A DNA stretch of 64,000 nt. Origin: Chiloscyllium plagiosum (lineage: Eukaryota). The stretch lies in the NCBI RefSeq assembly GCF_004010195.1, contig NC_057711.1, forward strand, positions 74,661,571 through 74,725,570. The letters run 5' to 3'. This document shows positions 25,060 to 36,062 of this stretch, in pieces (position 1 is the stretch's first letter; every line of letters begins with the position of its first letter). Both the position numbers and the translations under genes were made by a program. The notes beneath the pieces were generated by a model. That model was not told where the DNA came from. It saw only the letters and a list, made by a program, of their open reading frames with translations, and did not search any database.

Positions 25060-25285
25060 TGAACAACAAAGCATTAAAGAGTCAACCACATTGAGGTAGA
25101 GCTGGAGTCACATATAGGCCAGACCAGTTAAGGACAGCAGACTTCCTTCTCTAAAGGCACTCAGTGAATCAAACAGAATCTTCCCCTGACAACTAATAAT
25201 TGCTTCACGGCCATCATTAGATTTTCAATTCGAGATTTTTCTCCTTTTCCCACTTCATTCAGATTCAAACCAAGAGCATTACCCA
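25060..25285 (-). mobile_element. tRNA-SINE-like element abutting the LINE endonuclease 5' end
   Basis: AAGAGTCAACCACATTG...GGAGTCACATATAGGCCAGACC..AAGGACAGCAGACTTCCTTCTCTAAAGG matches the 3840-3960 core. Confidence 0.65.
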
Positions 25286-27398
25286 ACACTGGTCCATCCT
25301 ACAATCTTTCATGTTCTTTTAGCGCATGTTAAATTCATGCAATAAATCCAGTGAGGCCAATATTTGTTTGTAGCTGGAAATTAAATACAGCAACAATTCT
25401 AAATAGAGTACAGCTCACCAGTAAATAGATGGGTGTAGTTACCTCAGATGGGACCAAAGTTTTCTTTGTACTTTGCATTAGGAATTCGCATCAAGAATTT
25501 GAGTATTGAGATCCATTGACCTAATAGGATTTTCCCTGAATGTGCATGAATTTATCAGTAAACTAGAGATTTTTGTTCTTCCTGTTTTTAGGAGTTCTTT
25601 TAATGGTTCTTCAGTGTCCATCAAAATAAATGAGAACCTTTCTATTTAGTTGATAACCAGTCACCATGAGTAAAGATATACATGTGGAAAAATGCTAAAA
25701 TTCGCATGTCTTTTTCCACATGTGTGACCATGGTCAGATAACACAGCTATGATTTTCAATGGATTTTTAAAACTCAAACCACAGCTGAGATCAAACATAA
25801 TGAGTCATATGCCTTTAGAAGAATACCAATCAAGCATACAATAGGCATACTATTTCTTGAACAGATGTTGTATTATACAATTCAGCAAAAATTACCAAAA
25901 TGACACTGATGTGCTGTATGCTGGACACATTTCCTGTCAGCAGATGAGTTATCATTCACTAAAGAGAGTAGGAGGGTCAGACTATCCCTGAGGAGGATGA
26001 TAACAATGAGCCCAAGGCTGAAGATTGTTTACTCCACTACAGCTGTGGAAAGGAAGACAAATCCTGCAGCATATAATAAAGAGCAATGTCAACTAAACAT
26101 CACAATCTTTCCATCACAGATGTTGCTGAATGCATGCATCCAATGTGTTACCCATCAAAGCATCATGCATTATGACTCATTTAGTTTTCTGCTGACAAAC
26201 CTGTTCTAGTAGAAAAGTAATTTTATTTCAAAGTAAAAGCAAAGATCATATAGTTTATTATTGCAGTCAAGAGTTTTCTGTTAGTGAGTAATTTTCACTT
26301 GGTGCTTTCTACATTTTCATTACATACTATGAATTTCTTGCTGTTATCTAATCTAGCAATCCTTCTAAGCATCACACCAACTCCAGAAAGAAATGAATGA
26401 CTAGGGAATGTCTTGCTTCAAGGATGGAGATGCATTTTCCCCCTCTTTCTGCTACAAAATACTTTGACACTGGCATTATGTCCAATGTTTTTGTGGCTGC
26501 TGGGGACTCCCATGCTCCCGACTCAGAGAGTGAAGTGACTGGATAACATGGATGCTGAATTGCTTTGGGGTACACTTTGTTGATCTGTGCTGACCATTGC
26601 AACATTTCAACTGCTGGACACTCCTTCAGGATGTCTTGTGATCTAAAAGACTGCAAGTCCATAATCACATTTCTTTAGCCTCGACCACAATGTCTCCAGC
26701 TTTGGATAAACCTAGACAGGAAAAATCTAAAGGGAGTGGCATTAATTTTAACCCTTTGTGCCTGAAAGATTAGTATGTTTACTTCTCTGCTTTGGAAGCT
26801 GCATGAGGTCCTTGAAAAAGGTTAGGGATGGGGGGGGGGAGGTGGGGTTTCCTAAAAATAATGCAGAATCTGATGATTTACCTGCTCCATGGCACCAATT
26901 TATAATGCAGCAGTGGGCTTTGATGAGAGCCAACCAGGTCCACCTTTAACACTAATGGGGTACCATATAGTTCGTCATCAGCCTGCAAATCATCCTACCA
27001 ATGTTGGGCGTGGCCATTTTTCAGATGTCCGGGAGAACATCTAAAAGATGTTAGTCTCCTTAATATGGAAATTTATGTCTCTTCTAAAGGCCCACAGTCA
27101 AATTGGGCTGGCCTGACATTTTCCCAAATGCAATCTGTTGAAGAACTAGCACCTTTTGATTTTAGGTCTAATCTGGAGTAAAGAGTAGCAGGAATGTTAA
27201 TTCTGACACTACAGAATTCCTAAATGTGCCTTCCAGTGCTTTATTTCCCTTCCTTCCACACTTATCCTATTGTTCCTAATTCTGCCTTCCTCCTGGGACT
27301 TAGTTAAAATCAGCAGTTCATCCTAAATATATCCAGAAGCAACAAGTGAGCAATAAGGTACAACAGCAGTTCACCCATATAATGACAATTAAGCTGAA

Positions 27399-27510
27399 AG
27401 CTCTTGTGGTGCAGTGGTAGTATCACCACCTCTGGACCAGGAGATGCGAAGTTCATGTCCCACCTGTTCCAGACGTGTGTGATGACATCTCAGAACAGGT
27501 TGATGAGAAA
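27399..27510 (+). mobile_element. Short tRNA-derived SINE-like element
   Basis: GTGGTGCAGTGGTAG (A-box-like) and AGTTCATGTCCC (B-box-like); a related copy lies at 27725-27840. Confidence 0.6.
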
Positions 27511-27724
27511 AGAAATGAATGAATCGAAGGTTTGATGTTACTGCATTGCCCTTTATTGTCTCTGTGCACAATGTGAACAATTGAAAACATAGCATTTTAA
27601 CATTGACGGTTAATTGGTGAAAATTTCCACAAATTATTTCATGATGAAAAATCCATTTGCTTCTACGTGATAGCACTCCCAGAGATGAAAAAAACGTTTT
27701 TAAAAAGATATTAATGAATGTGAG

Positions 27725-27840
27725 GGAGCACTCGTGATGCAGTGGTAGGGTTCCCTAACTCTGAACTTGGTGGCCTGGGTTCAAGTTATACCTGCTCCAG
27801 AGGTGGGGCATAACATCGATGAATGAGTTGATTAGAAAGT
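27725..27840 (+). mobile_element. Short tRNA-derived SINE-like element
   Basis: GTGATGCAGTGGTAG ... GGGTTCAAG ... CCTGCTCCAGAG ... GTTGATTAG. Confidence 0.6.
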
Positions 27841-28997
27841 AGTGAATCTGAAGGCTTGCTCTTTTTTAATGCAAAATCCTGCCTTCTTGTTAGGGTGTGT
27901 GCTCTTTTTGTGATATCCATTTCAAAAATGAGGCTAATTGAATTCCCACTAGTAAATCTTTTGCTACTGAATCATTTCCAGTTGTTACCTTCTTGTCAAA
28001 GTCAGTATTCATTCCAGACTGCTCTAACACCCCAAAGTTTTGTTAACCAGTTAGTTATAAATGTATGCTGCTTGTCTTACCTCTGAGATCAGTAAGCCCA
28101 TTCATTCCAGTTTCCATCTCTTTGAATCCAATATCTTCCCTCATAACGTTCCATACATGAATTTCTTCCTGTACCATAGAAGAGTTCTGGTGTTAAGAAT
28201 CTGACACTTTGTGTCATACTTATTTCTCACCACAAATTCAAAGTTGAATCCTGTTCTACTATTTGATTTAGCAGCTATCTTTCTCCTTCAGGTTTATTGC
28301 ATGCTCCAATAATATAATTACTGCTTTGGAGTAGTATCACGCTTCCTATCCTCACACTGCACCAGGTCAACACACCTTCTGCTATAAGTTACTCTGAACC
28401 AATCTTAAATCAGAATATTTCACATAGGTATCTCAACTCTTCTACATTTCAATGTTTTTGTAACAATTTTACATAATCAAAGTTGATTAAGTATAGTAGT
28501 TCAAATTCACAGTTTTTACTGCAGATCTCCATTAATCAGTGCTATGACTGGATGAGGAGAGGTGAATCAGCTCCCCCTCTTTTTATTGGTACAATAAAGA
28601 TTTTAAATTATTTTTAATACACAGCTATATCACACTTCAATTAAAATCTAATCACTAGATCAGAATCAAGGACCTAGTTAAAAGGGTTTGAGTGAAAGAA
28701 AGAAAAGTTTTATTATTATTAATCCCAAGAAAAATGATAAACATCGAACATAGGTATGAAATTTATTGAATAGGGAAATAAAGAATACGCAGTTTTTCAA
28801 AGTTTTTTGGGGTCTTTGAGATATTATAATTGAACCTGAGACCACAGGTTTCTTTTAAGTAATAGTTTTTTAATCCACAATTCATGTCTGAAAAATTAGG
28901 AGGTAGTTTCTAAACATCTCTCTGTACATGGTAAATGTGTTTTTGCCATTCTATTATTTCTTCCTGCCCTACAATCAGTGTATGTGTATGCACATTT

Positions 28998-29300
28998 GAG
29001 ATCATAAGCTAGAGGAGAAGAATTAGGCAATTCAACCCATCCGATCTGCTTCACCATTCGATCATGGCTGATAAGTTTCTCAAGCCCATTGTAGGAACCC
29101 TTGATCACCTTACTAACCAAGAATCTATTCATCTGTCTTAAATACACTCAATGACTTGGCCTCACAGCTCTCTGTGCAATGAGTTCCACAGATTCTCCAT
29201 TCTCTGGCTGAAAAAAATTCCTCCTCAGCTCAGTTTCTAAATGGTTGCCCCTTCACTCTGAGGTCATACCCTTGGGTCCCAGTTTCTCCTGTTAGTGCCC
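28998..29300 (-). mobile_element. CR1 3' end fragment
   Basis: Reverse complement of a CR1 3' UTR and ORF2 end (rc AGACAGATGAATAGATTCTTGG). Confidence 0.8.
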
Positions 29301-29366
29301 ATAGACAGGTGGAATGAAGATCTAGTGAAGCTCCTGGAGATGCAGAACCTTCAAGATTCTGTTTAC

Positions 29367-29579
29367 GATGTGGGACACCTATTTCCCTATTTCTGCCATG
29401 TCAGGAATCATGCAAGGTAACCCTGGACTGACAGTGCTCGTCCAGGTTCCCAATATGTATTGGGACATAATTTTTAACCGTTTCACCACAGATGTGGGAC
29501 ACCTATTTCCCTATTTCTGCCATGTCAGGAATCATGCAAGGTAACCCTGGACTGACAGTGCTCGTCCAGGTTCCCAATA
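29367..29579. repeat. Perfect 89 bp direct repeat with a 35 bp spacer
   Basis: 29367-29455 is identical to 29491-29579. Confidence 0.95.
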
Positions 29580-30699
29580 AGCTTTTGAAAATGGCACAAG
29601 TGCAATGAATATCAGTGAAAATTTTGGGATATCTGCTGAGTGACAAGTTAATATAGGAATGGTATGTGATAAGCTGAGGTGGAAATCAGATATAAGAGGT
29701 GCGCCAGGGACATGGTGGACAATTAAGGAGGAGAACATAGAATGATACAGTGAGACAACCTGCTAGGCCTTGTGCTACGATCTTTCCAAATATCTTGACA
29801 CAACTTAGACTTAAACAAAAAAAAGGATTCAGCTCATAGCCTTTTTTTTGCAAAGAAGCAGTTCTTCGCTTCTGCCTACCTTGAGTCTACAGATTTTTGT
29901 AAAGGTTCAGTGAAATATTTAATGCTAAAAATAAATTAACACTGACAACTACACTATAAAGGTAGAATGGAAATGTCTTGTTCTTCCATTTATATATGAA
30001 CATGTCTGCATATGTGTCCCATAGCTATCGCACAGCAATGTCCTCAAGTACAGAATGAAAAATGGCTATTTCTTCAGTGCTACAACTAACTATTTTAATG
30101 AATACAACAGTAAGACTGAACATTATAATTCTTAAAAGCACTGCACATACATACTCTTTGATCTAACTAATGGGCCAGTGATTTTGCTTGGGAAATGTGA
30201 AACTCAATAACTTTGAATAATTAGAATAACTGAGGTGTCTAAAAATACCTCTTCCACTTTTATTATGTTAATTATGAATAAAATGCCATCTTGTATAGTA
30301 TCTTGTATATATTCAATCATTTTATAGCAATAAACAATGTTTTTAAGGTAATGAAAAGGGTGAATGCAATCAAATCTCAAAATATGAATCTAGTAGCCTT
30401 TCTAACAAGTAATTACTGTCATCCTAAATTTTGCCTACTTTTGCACTTTACCATTCTTATGAATATTTCAATGCATAACAATTTTTAGAAGCACAGTTAC
30501 AATTACTGTGCCTTATAGTAGAGTGCACCCAGATATATTTGGTGCAAATATTCATTTAACATAAAATAGGCTTGTGTGTGCCCCAGCTTTTCTAAGGTAT
30601 TTTGCCTGCAAAATGATGCTCATAGTATAGTTATATGTTTTTGAGGTGAATCAAGCCAGATAACACATTGGTAAAAGAACAGACAGGTCATGATGTCAA

Positions 30700-31040
30700 T
30701 TGGCATGGAATGTTGATTTAATGACAGTGTATTTAGTTTTGGCGTGCAGGACTTCAGTAACCTCCTTTATAGCCTCACAGAGCAGAACGTGTGTTGATCA
30801 GCAGGAAGGTTCCCTTCATCAGTGCTATTGAAAATGTTTAGCAACTGCTGATGAAGTTCTTCAAGTCAGCATTCTGATTCTATTTGTGTTTTGTGTGTAT
30901 TTACAGTTGTTTAAGAGCACATGTACCTACAGGGAGTGAATGGTATGTGCTGAAGGAATTTGTGTTGTCTTTAAAGTTTCTCTGTGAAAGACTTGTTCCT
31001 TGACTGAAGCACTGGTAGATTGGAGTATAGTGCCCTCCTC
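30700..31040 (+). mobile_element. Possible very decayed Harbinger transposase remnant
   Basis: LISRKVPFIS (~30796, cf. FxNRKGFHS) and FLD*STGRLEYS (30996-31031, cf. FKCLVRSGHALQY at 1198). Confidence 0.35.
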
Positions 31041-32021
31041 AGAGGATGAACCTGGATATTGGGGAGGATAGTTTAATCAGGGGAAAAAGTGTAGGTTGGG
31101 AACATTACTTCCTGCATTTGCCCCAACAGAGTTTGAAATTAGAAGTCTTCCTGACCACCATCAACCACGGCGCTAAATTGGGTAATTATTGATATTCAAG
31201 AGTTGCCATCAGGACATTTGCCAAGTGGGAGCCGTGATAATGTCTGCTTGACCATAATGCAAAAATACAATCCACTGCAAAAGAAACATTCTATAATAAA
31301 TTTATAAATGAAGTGTTGCCATACCACATACTCGAATTGAGTAATCACCCTTGTGCACTCCCTGAGTGTCTGTTTTCTGTGAAGTTTTGTCAGTATTAAT
31401 GCTTCTATGTAGCTCAAATCCTGAGGTTGCAGAACGGTTTGTAGAAAGCTATTAACTTTCAATGTGCAAGAATGCTGATGGTTTTGGAGGATGACCTCAA
31501 TATAGTCTAGTCTTAAATGTTGCTGCAGCATTTCAACATGGGCAGCACCAGTCTGGGCTAGCAGGTAGACAGGCCTCAAAAGAACTTGCAGAATATTAGG
31601 TATTAGATGATGAATTCTGTCTTTCTGAGAAATATTAGTTTTGTGTTCTCTGTAACCACTGTCATTCCCTGGGGCATTGTCATAGAAATCCGAGTTGCTT
31701 ATTGGAGAATGGATGGCTGGAAAACTGGGAGACCTCATTCGGCCTTGGCTCACAGTCATGATGTCAATCAAGTTGAAAGCGCTTGTGCTGCAGTGGGAAG
31801 GTAAGATTTCATCCATCAGAAACTGCACCAGTTGAATCAAAAATAACAATAGCTGCCTTTTGAAAGTTGAAAAGATTGGCTTCACTTGAAACACTTGCAT
31901 CAAGTACCTCCGTGTACTCCCCCACATTGACTTTAGGCTTATGACAGGCTTTTCAATACACCAAGTTTGCTTTTGTGCATGCCCATCATCATTCATCTGT
32001 AGGTTATCCAATCAAAGTACC

Positions 32022-32390
32022 TAGTCCATCCATGGACTCCATCTACACTTCTCGCTATCTCGAAAAAGCAGCCAACATCATCAAAGACCCCTCCCACTGT
32101 GTTTATAATCTGTTCCAATCTTGTCCGTCAGGTAGAAGATACAAAAGCTTAAACACAAACACCAACAGATTCAAGAATAGCTTCTTCCAAGCTGCTATTA
32201 GACTTCTGAATGGACCTCCCAAATTTCAAATCAAATGTGCACCTTCTTTGCAGCTGTAACTTTGTATTCCTTGCTCTGTTCTATCAATCTATGATCTTTG
32301 AATGGTATGATCTGCCTGCACTGTACATAAAACAAAACCTTTCACTGTATCTACATATATGTGACAATAATAAATCAAATCAAATTCAAT
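32022..32390 (+). mobile_element. Rex1/Babar-like LINE 3' end
   Basis: KAANIIKDPSH..LFQSCPSGRRYKSL..RFKNSFFQAAIRLLN, then GTGACAATAATAAA and an AAATC-type tail. Confidence 0.85.
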
Positions 32391-32464
32391 CATTTCTGTC
32401 TTTGGAGCAGCAGAGCTTGAATGAGATCTCACTCTGTGATGGGCTATCTCCTGTATAAGGGTCT

Positions 32465-32969
32465 GGATTAGATGGTGCTGGAAAAGCACAGCAGTTCACA
32501 CAGCATCCAAGGAGCAGGAAAATCGACATTTCGGGCAAAAGCCCTGCTTCAGGAATACAGGTACTGTTTGTCCTGTTCTGATCCGAACTCTGCTGGTTTA
32601 AAGGTGGACCGGAGTCCATGTGGGATGAGTTGGTTATGCAGGCAGGCACTGAGGAAGCAAATGTGGCTGTAGTAGCGAGTCTGTTTCAGGACATGGTTGA
32701 AGAGCTGCAGGGCAGAGGAAATGACCTGGGAGTTGCAGTGGGAGAGGAACTCCCTGAGATTCTTGTAGAGAGAGGAGGAAAACTTCTTCAAAGCAGGCAT
32801 CTTTGCAAGAGGATTCTCAGTAGGGTTAAAATCAACTCGGTAAAAACAATGACTGCAGATGCTGGAAACCAGATTCTGGATTAGAGTGGTGCTGGAAAAG
32901 CACAGCAATTCAGACAGCATCCAAGGAGCAGGAAAATCGACGTTTCAGGCAAAAGCTCATCAGGAATAC
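32465..32969 (-). mobile_element. Penelope-like element: ORF N-terminus between two direct pseudo-LTR pieces
   Basis: ORF 32549..32920(-) HICFLSACLHNQLIPHGL; ~90 bp direct repeats at 32465-32558 and 32878-32969 with damaged hammerhead cores. Confidence 0.75.
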
Positions 32970-33172
32970 CTTTAACCTGTATAATATTTGGCTCTAACCT
33001 AGCAGCAAGTTATTTGTGCTCAATGTCTCTCCACATGTAGATCCCATTTCATTGCTGTCCTCATGATCATATTCGATGTTAGAGACTGTATCTGGTATTC
33101 GTAAATCAAATATTGATGCGTTTTCATTATCATTATTTTCCTGGTTTCCTCCACTACTTAATCCGAACACAC

Positions 33173-33355
33173 TTAGAATTAGATTCCCTACAGTGTGGAA
33201 ACAGATCCCTCGGCCCAACAAGTCCATACTGACCCTCCGAAGAGCATCCCACCCAGATCCATTCCCCTACATTTACCCCAACTTATGCACCTAACCTATA
33301 GATCCCTGAACACTATGGACAATTTAGTATGGCCAATACACCTAACCTGCACTTC
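33173..33355 (-). mobile_element. HE1-type SINE, 3' half
   Basis: TTAGATTCCCTACAGTGTGGAAACAG...CACCTAACCTGCAC. Confidence 0.85.
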
Positions 33356-33659
33356 TTGGCTATCTGAAAGAAGGAAGGGGCAAGAGTAAGTTTATGACCA
33401 GGTAAAATGCAAGAGGTTGTGACTAGTATTCTCTGCAAACTTACACCTTCTGCAGTTTGCAAATCAGAAATTTGAGTTTGAAGTGTGCATGAGTGACATG
33501 AGGAAAGACAGATTAGCCATAAGGATTCTGACATATTTGATGGTTTCAGTCCTGCCTCTTGCCACAATCTCAGCACTTGATGCCCCCATTATGTTTAGGA
33601 CTACCTCCTCAATAGGTTTCAGGCAATAGAGAAATTCCTGTCTCCCTCTGGTAATGATT

Positions 33660-33858
33660 TTGAGGTGCCAGTTTTGGACTGGGGTGTACAAATTTAAAAA
33701 TCACACAACACCAGGTTATAGTCCAGCAGGTTTATTTGGAAGCACCAGCTTTCAGAGTGCTGCTCTTTCATCAGGTGGTTAAGGAGCAGTACTCCGAAAG
33801 CTAGTTCTTCCAAATAAATCTGTTGGATTATAGCCTGGTTTTGTGTGATTTTTAACTT
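33660..33858. mobile_element. Short fold-back element of the 7285-8043 family
   Basis: AAAAATCACACAACACCAGGTTATAGTCC ... GGATTATAGCCTGGTTTTGTGTGATTTTT inverted arms, hammerhead halves in the centre. Confidence 0.8.
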
Positions 33859-34204
33859 CTGGTTAGATCATGCCACCTAACGTTATGCATTTTCATGTTA
33901 AGCAAGAGAGAGGACAGAATGTCAGTGAATGTCATGTGATCTGTTTGGGTAATATGTTTTGTAAGATTGAATAACTGGCAGCGTATACAAACAGTGAGGG
34001 TACGGTGGAATACGTGAGACTCAAATGTGACTCCTGATTGATACAGATTATTAGGAGGTGAATGATGAAGGTGCAGCAGCTGAAGCTAGGAGTGCTTTTA
34101 GTGGATGCAATCACTAACCTTCACTGTTCACGTGATTCATTGAGTTTCTTGGCGCGCAAAATTTTTTTCTAAATTATTTTCCAGGCATTCAAACTTGCCA
34201 GCTT

Positions 34205-34700
34205 GCATTGACTGGCTGATGGAATTCAATGTGAGCAAATGCGAGGTCTTGCACTTTGGAAAAAAGAATATAAGCATGGACTACTTTCTAAACGGTGAGA
34301 AAATTCATAAAGACAAAGTACAAAGGGATCTGGGAGTGCTAGTCGAGGATTCTCTAAAGGTAAACATGCAAGTTGAGTCTGTGATTAAGAAAGCGAATGC
34401 AATGTTGTCATTTATGTCAAGCGAGTTTGAATATAAAAGCACCGTTGTGCTACTGAGACTTTATAAAGCTCTGGTTAGGCCCCATTTGGAGTACTGTGAC
34501 GGAGTGCAGTGGAGGCTGGGACACTAAATGTCTTCAAGGCAGAGATTGATAAATTCTTGATGTTGTCACAAGGAATTAAGGGCTACGGGGAGAATGCGGG
34601 TAAGTGGAGTTGAAATGTCCATCAGCCATGATTGAATGGCGGAGTGGACTCGATGGGCCGAATGGTCTTACTTCCACTCCTATGTCTTATGGTCTTATGG
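34205..34700 (+). mobile_element. CR1 fragment with an internal deletion
   Basis: WLMEFNVSKCEVLHFG..LYKALVRPHLEYC joined directly to a 3' UTR ending TCTTATGGTCTTATGG. Confidence 0.9.
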
Positions 34701-34966
34701 ACTTTAAGCATATCAGATCCCACTATCTTCTAGGCATGTGCGTGAAGAACAATCTCCCTCCATGAGGCTTTAATGACCAAGGCTTCCTGTGAAGCATCCA
34801 ACTGTCTTGGAAGCAGTTCTTTTCCATTATGTGCTCTGATACAATGTTTCACTGGCTGAATTCACTTCTTGCAGAAATTTCAACTCGTCTTCCAACCACA
34901 GCTCACCTCCATTTTAAAAGGTGCAAGCTTGCCTTAATCAGTGCATGGACGTATTAAGCAAAACAA

Positions 34967-35165
34967 TTAGTTTTAACTGGTAAAAACCAAAAGAACTGCA
35001 GATGCTGCAAATCAGAAACAAAATCAAAAGTTGCTGGAAAAGCAACTGATCCGTTCTGAGGAAGGGTCACTCAACCCAAAACGTTCACTCTGATTTCTCT
35101 TCACAGATGCTTCCAGACCTGATGAACTTTTCCAGCAATTTCTGTTTTTGTTTTTAGTTTTAACT
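34967..35165. mobile_element. Short Penelope-derived element with a hammerhead-like core and 12 bp TSD
   Basis: TTAGTTTTAACT at 34967-34978 and 35154-35165; CTGAGGA-A-GGGT..ACCC-AAAACGTT at 35056-35085 (GAAA mutated). Confidence 0.7.
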
Positions 35166-35878
35166 AGTACTATTCACTTATGATATGGACCTTGCCTGAA
35201 GTCAATAAAAACTATTATTAGTAATGTGGATTAAGTGTAAAAACATAGTATACATTAGTTTTTGTTATTAAAAAGAATATGCAGGTTACTGTGGGCTAGA
35301 TGTTGAATTCATTTAAAATAGCAAGCAACATGAATTTAATGTGCTGTCTACATTACAATGAAGAGTGTAGTTCAATTTTGCATTATGGTGACTGGCCCCT
35401 TTCTCATAGGCTTTTACATAGGCAACCAAGGGCCCCTCTTACCTTTTCCTTATATCAAAACAAATGCCTTGCAAATGTAGTGGTACAGTTTCCCCATGCA
35501 TGTAAAGGTCAAAAAAATGTTTACTAAATTGTTAGTAATGACAATTCACCATGACATTTTTCATTTAACTTTGCACAAAAATGAAAATATGCTCCATTGC
35601 TATTCTGTCTTTGTCCCCTAAGGCAAATAATCCTACTCTGAAACATTTAGTCTTGGCAGTGATTATATGCATAGTGAAATGATTAAGCAAGATTTATTTC
35701 TGTTGCTATGTGATTTTTAAGTGTCTCTGTGTATGACCAATGACACTAGGATGTCAACATGTTTGATTGTCAGCTTACTTCACAACAGTCATTGAGAGTA
35801 AAACATTTTGCATGTCTTTGTGAGGTGATTGCTCTAATAAATATCTCTTGGCATTGATATTTATTGTGAAAGAGTAAC

Positions 35879-36062
35879 TTCCAACAAGAATTGTTTTGGC
35901 AGAGAATATTATCAGCATGGGGTTGTCACAGGTCAACATCTTCGAGGAGAAAGTGAGGTCTGCAGATGCTGGAGATCAAAGTTGAAACTTTATTGCTGTT
36001 CCAACAAGAATTGTTTTGGCAGAGAATATTATCAGCATGGGGTTGTCACAGGTCAACATCTT
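35879..36062. repeat. Perfect 64 bp direct repeat flanking a 56 bp Penelope-derived terminus
   Basis: 35879-35942 is identical to 35999-36062; the insert GAGGAGAAAGTGAGGTCTGCAGATGCTGGAGATCA matches the rc of 21649-21683. Confidence 0.9.

Larger units (their letters stand above)
31340..34830 (-). mobile_element. Decayed Harbinger-associated Myb/SANT-like gene split by several insertions
   Basis: rc RQLDASQEALVIKASWREIVL (~34745-34810), RAKKLNESR (~34130-34156), LKPIEEVVLNIMG (~33585-33625), then a low-complexity C-terminal region continuing through 33000-33170, 32390-32460 and 31340-32005. Confidence 0.55.

Noticed and set aside
26372..26720. Minus-strand terminal exon (TTTTTCCTGTCTAG|GTTTATCC..., GLSKAGDIVVEAKEM*)
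   Set aside because: No recognisable protein; may instead be another decayed Myb/SANT-like Harbinger remnant; neither reading can be supported
29367..29579. CRISPR-like repeat-spacer-repeat
   Set aside because: Only two 89 bp units, eukaryotic context and no cas genes
31196..32011. 271 aa ORF as a novel host gene or an ancient LINE RT
   Set aside because: Non-ATG start abutting a Rex1 insertion. Weak RT-like words (NDD, RYL, RPV..ASPDW) are in inconsistent frames. It is better explained as the tail of the Harbinger Myb-like gene
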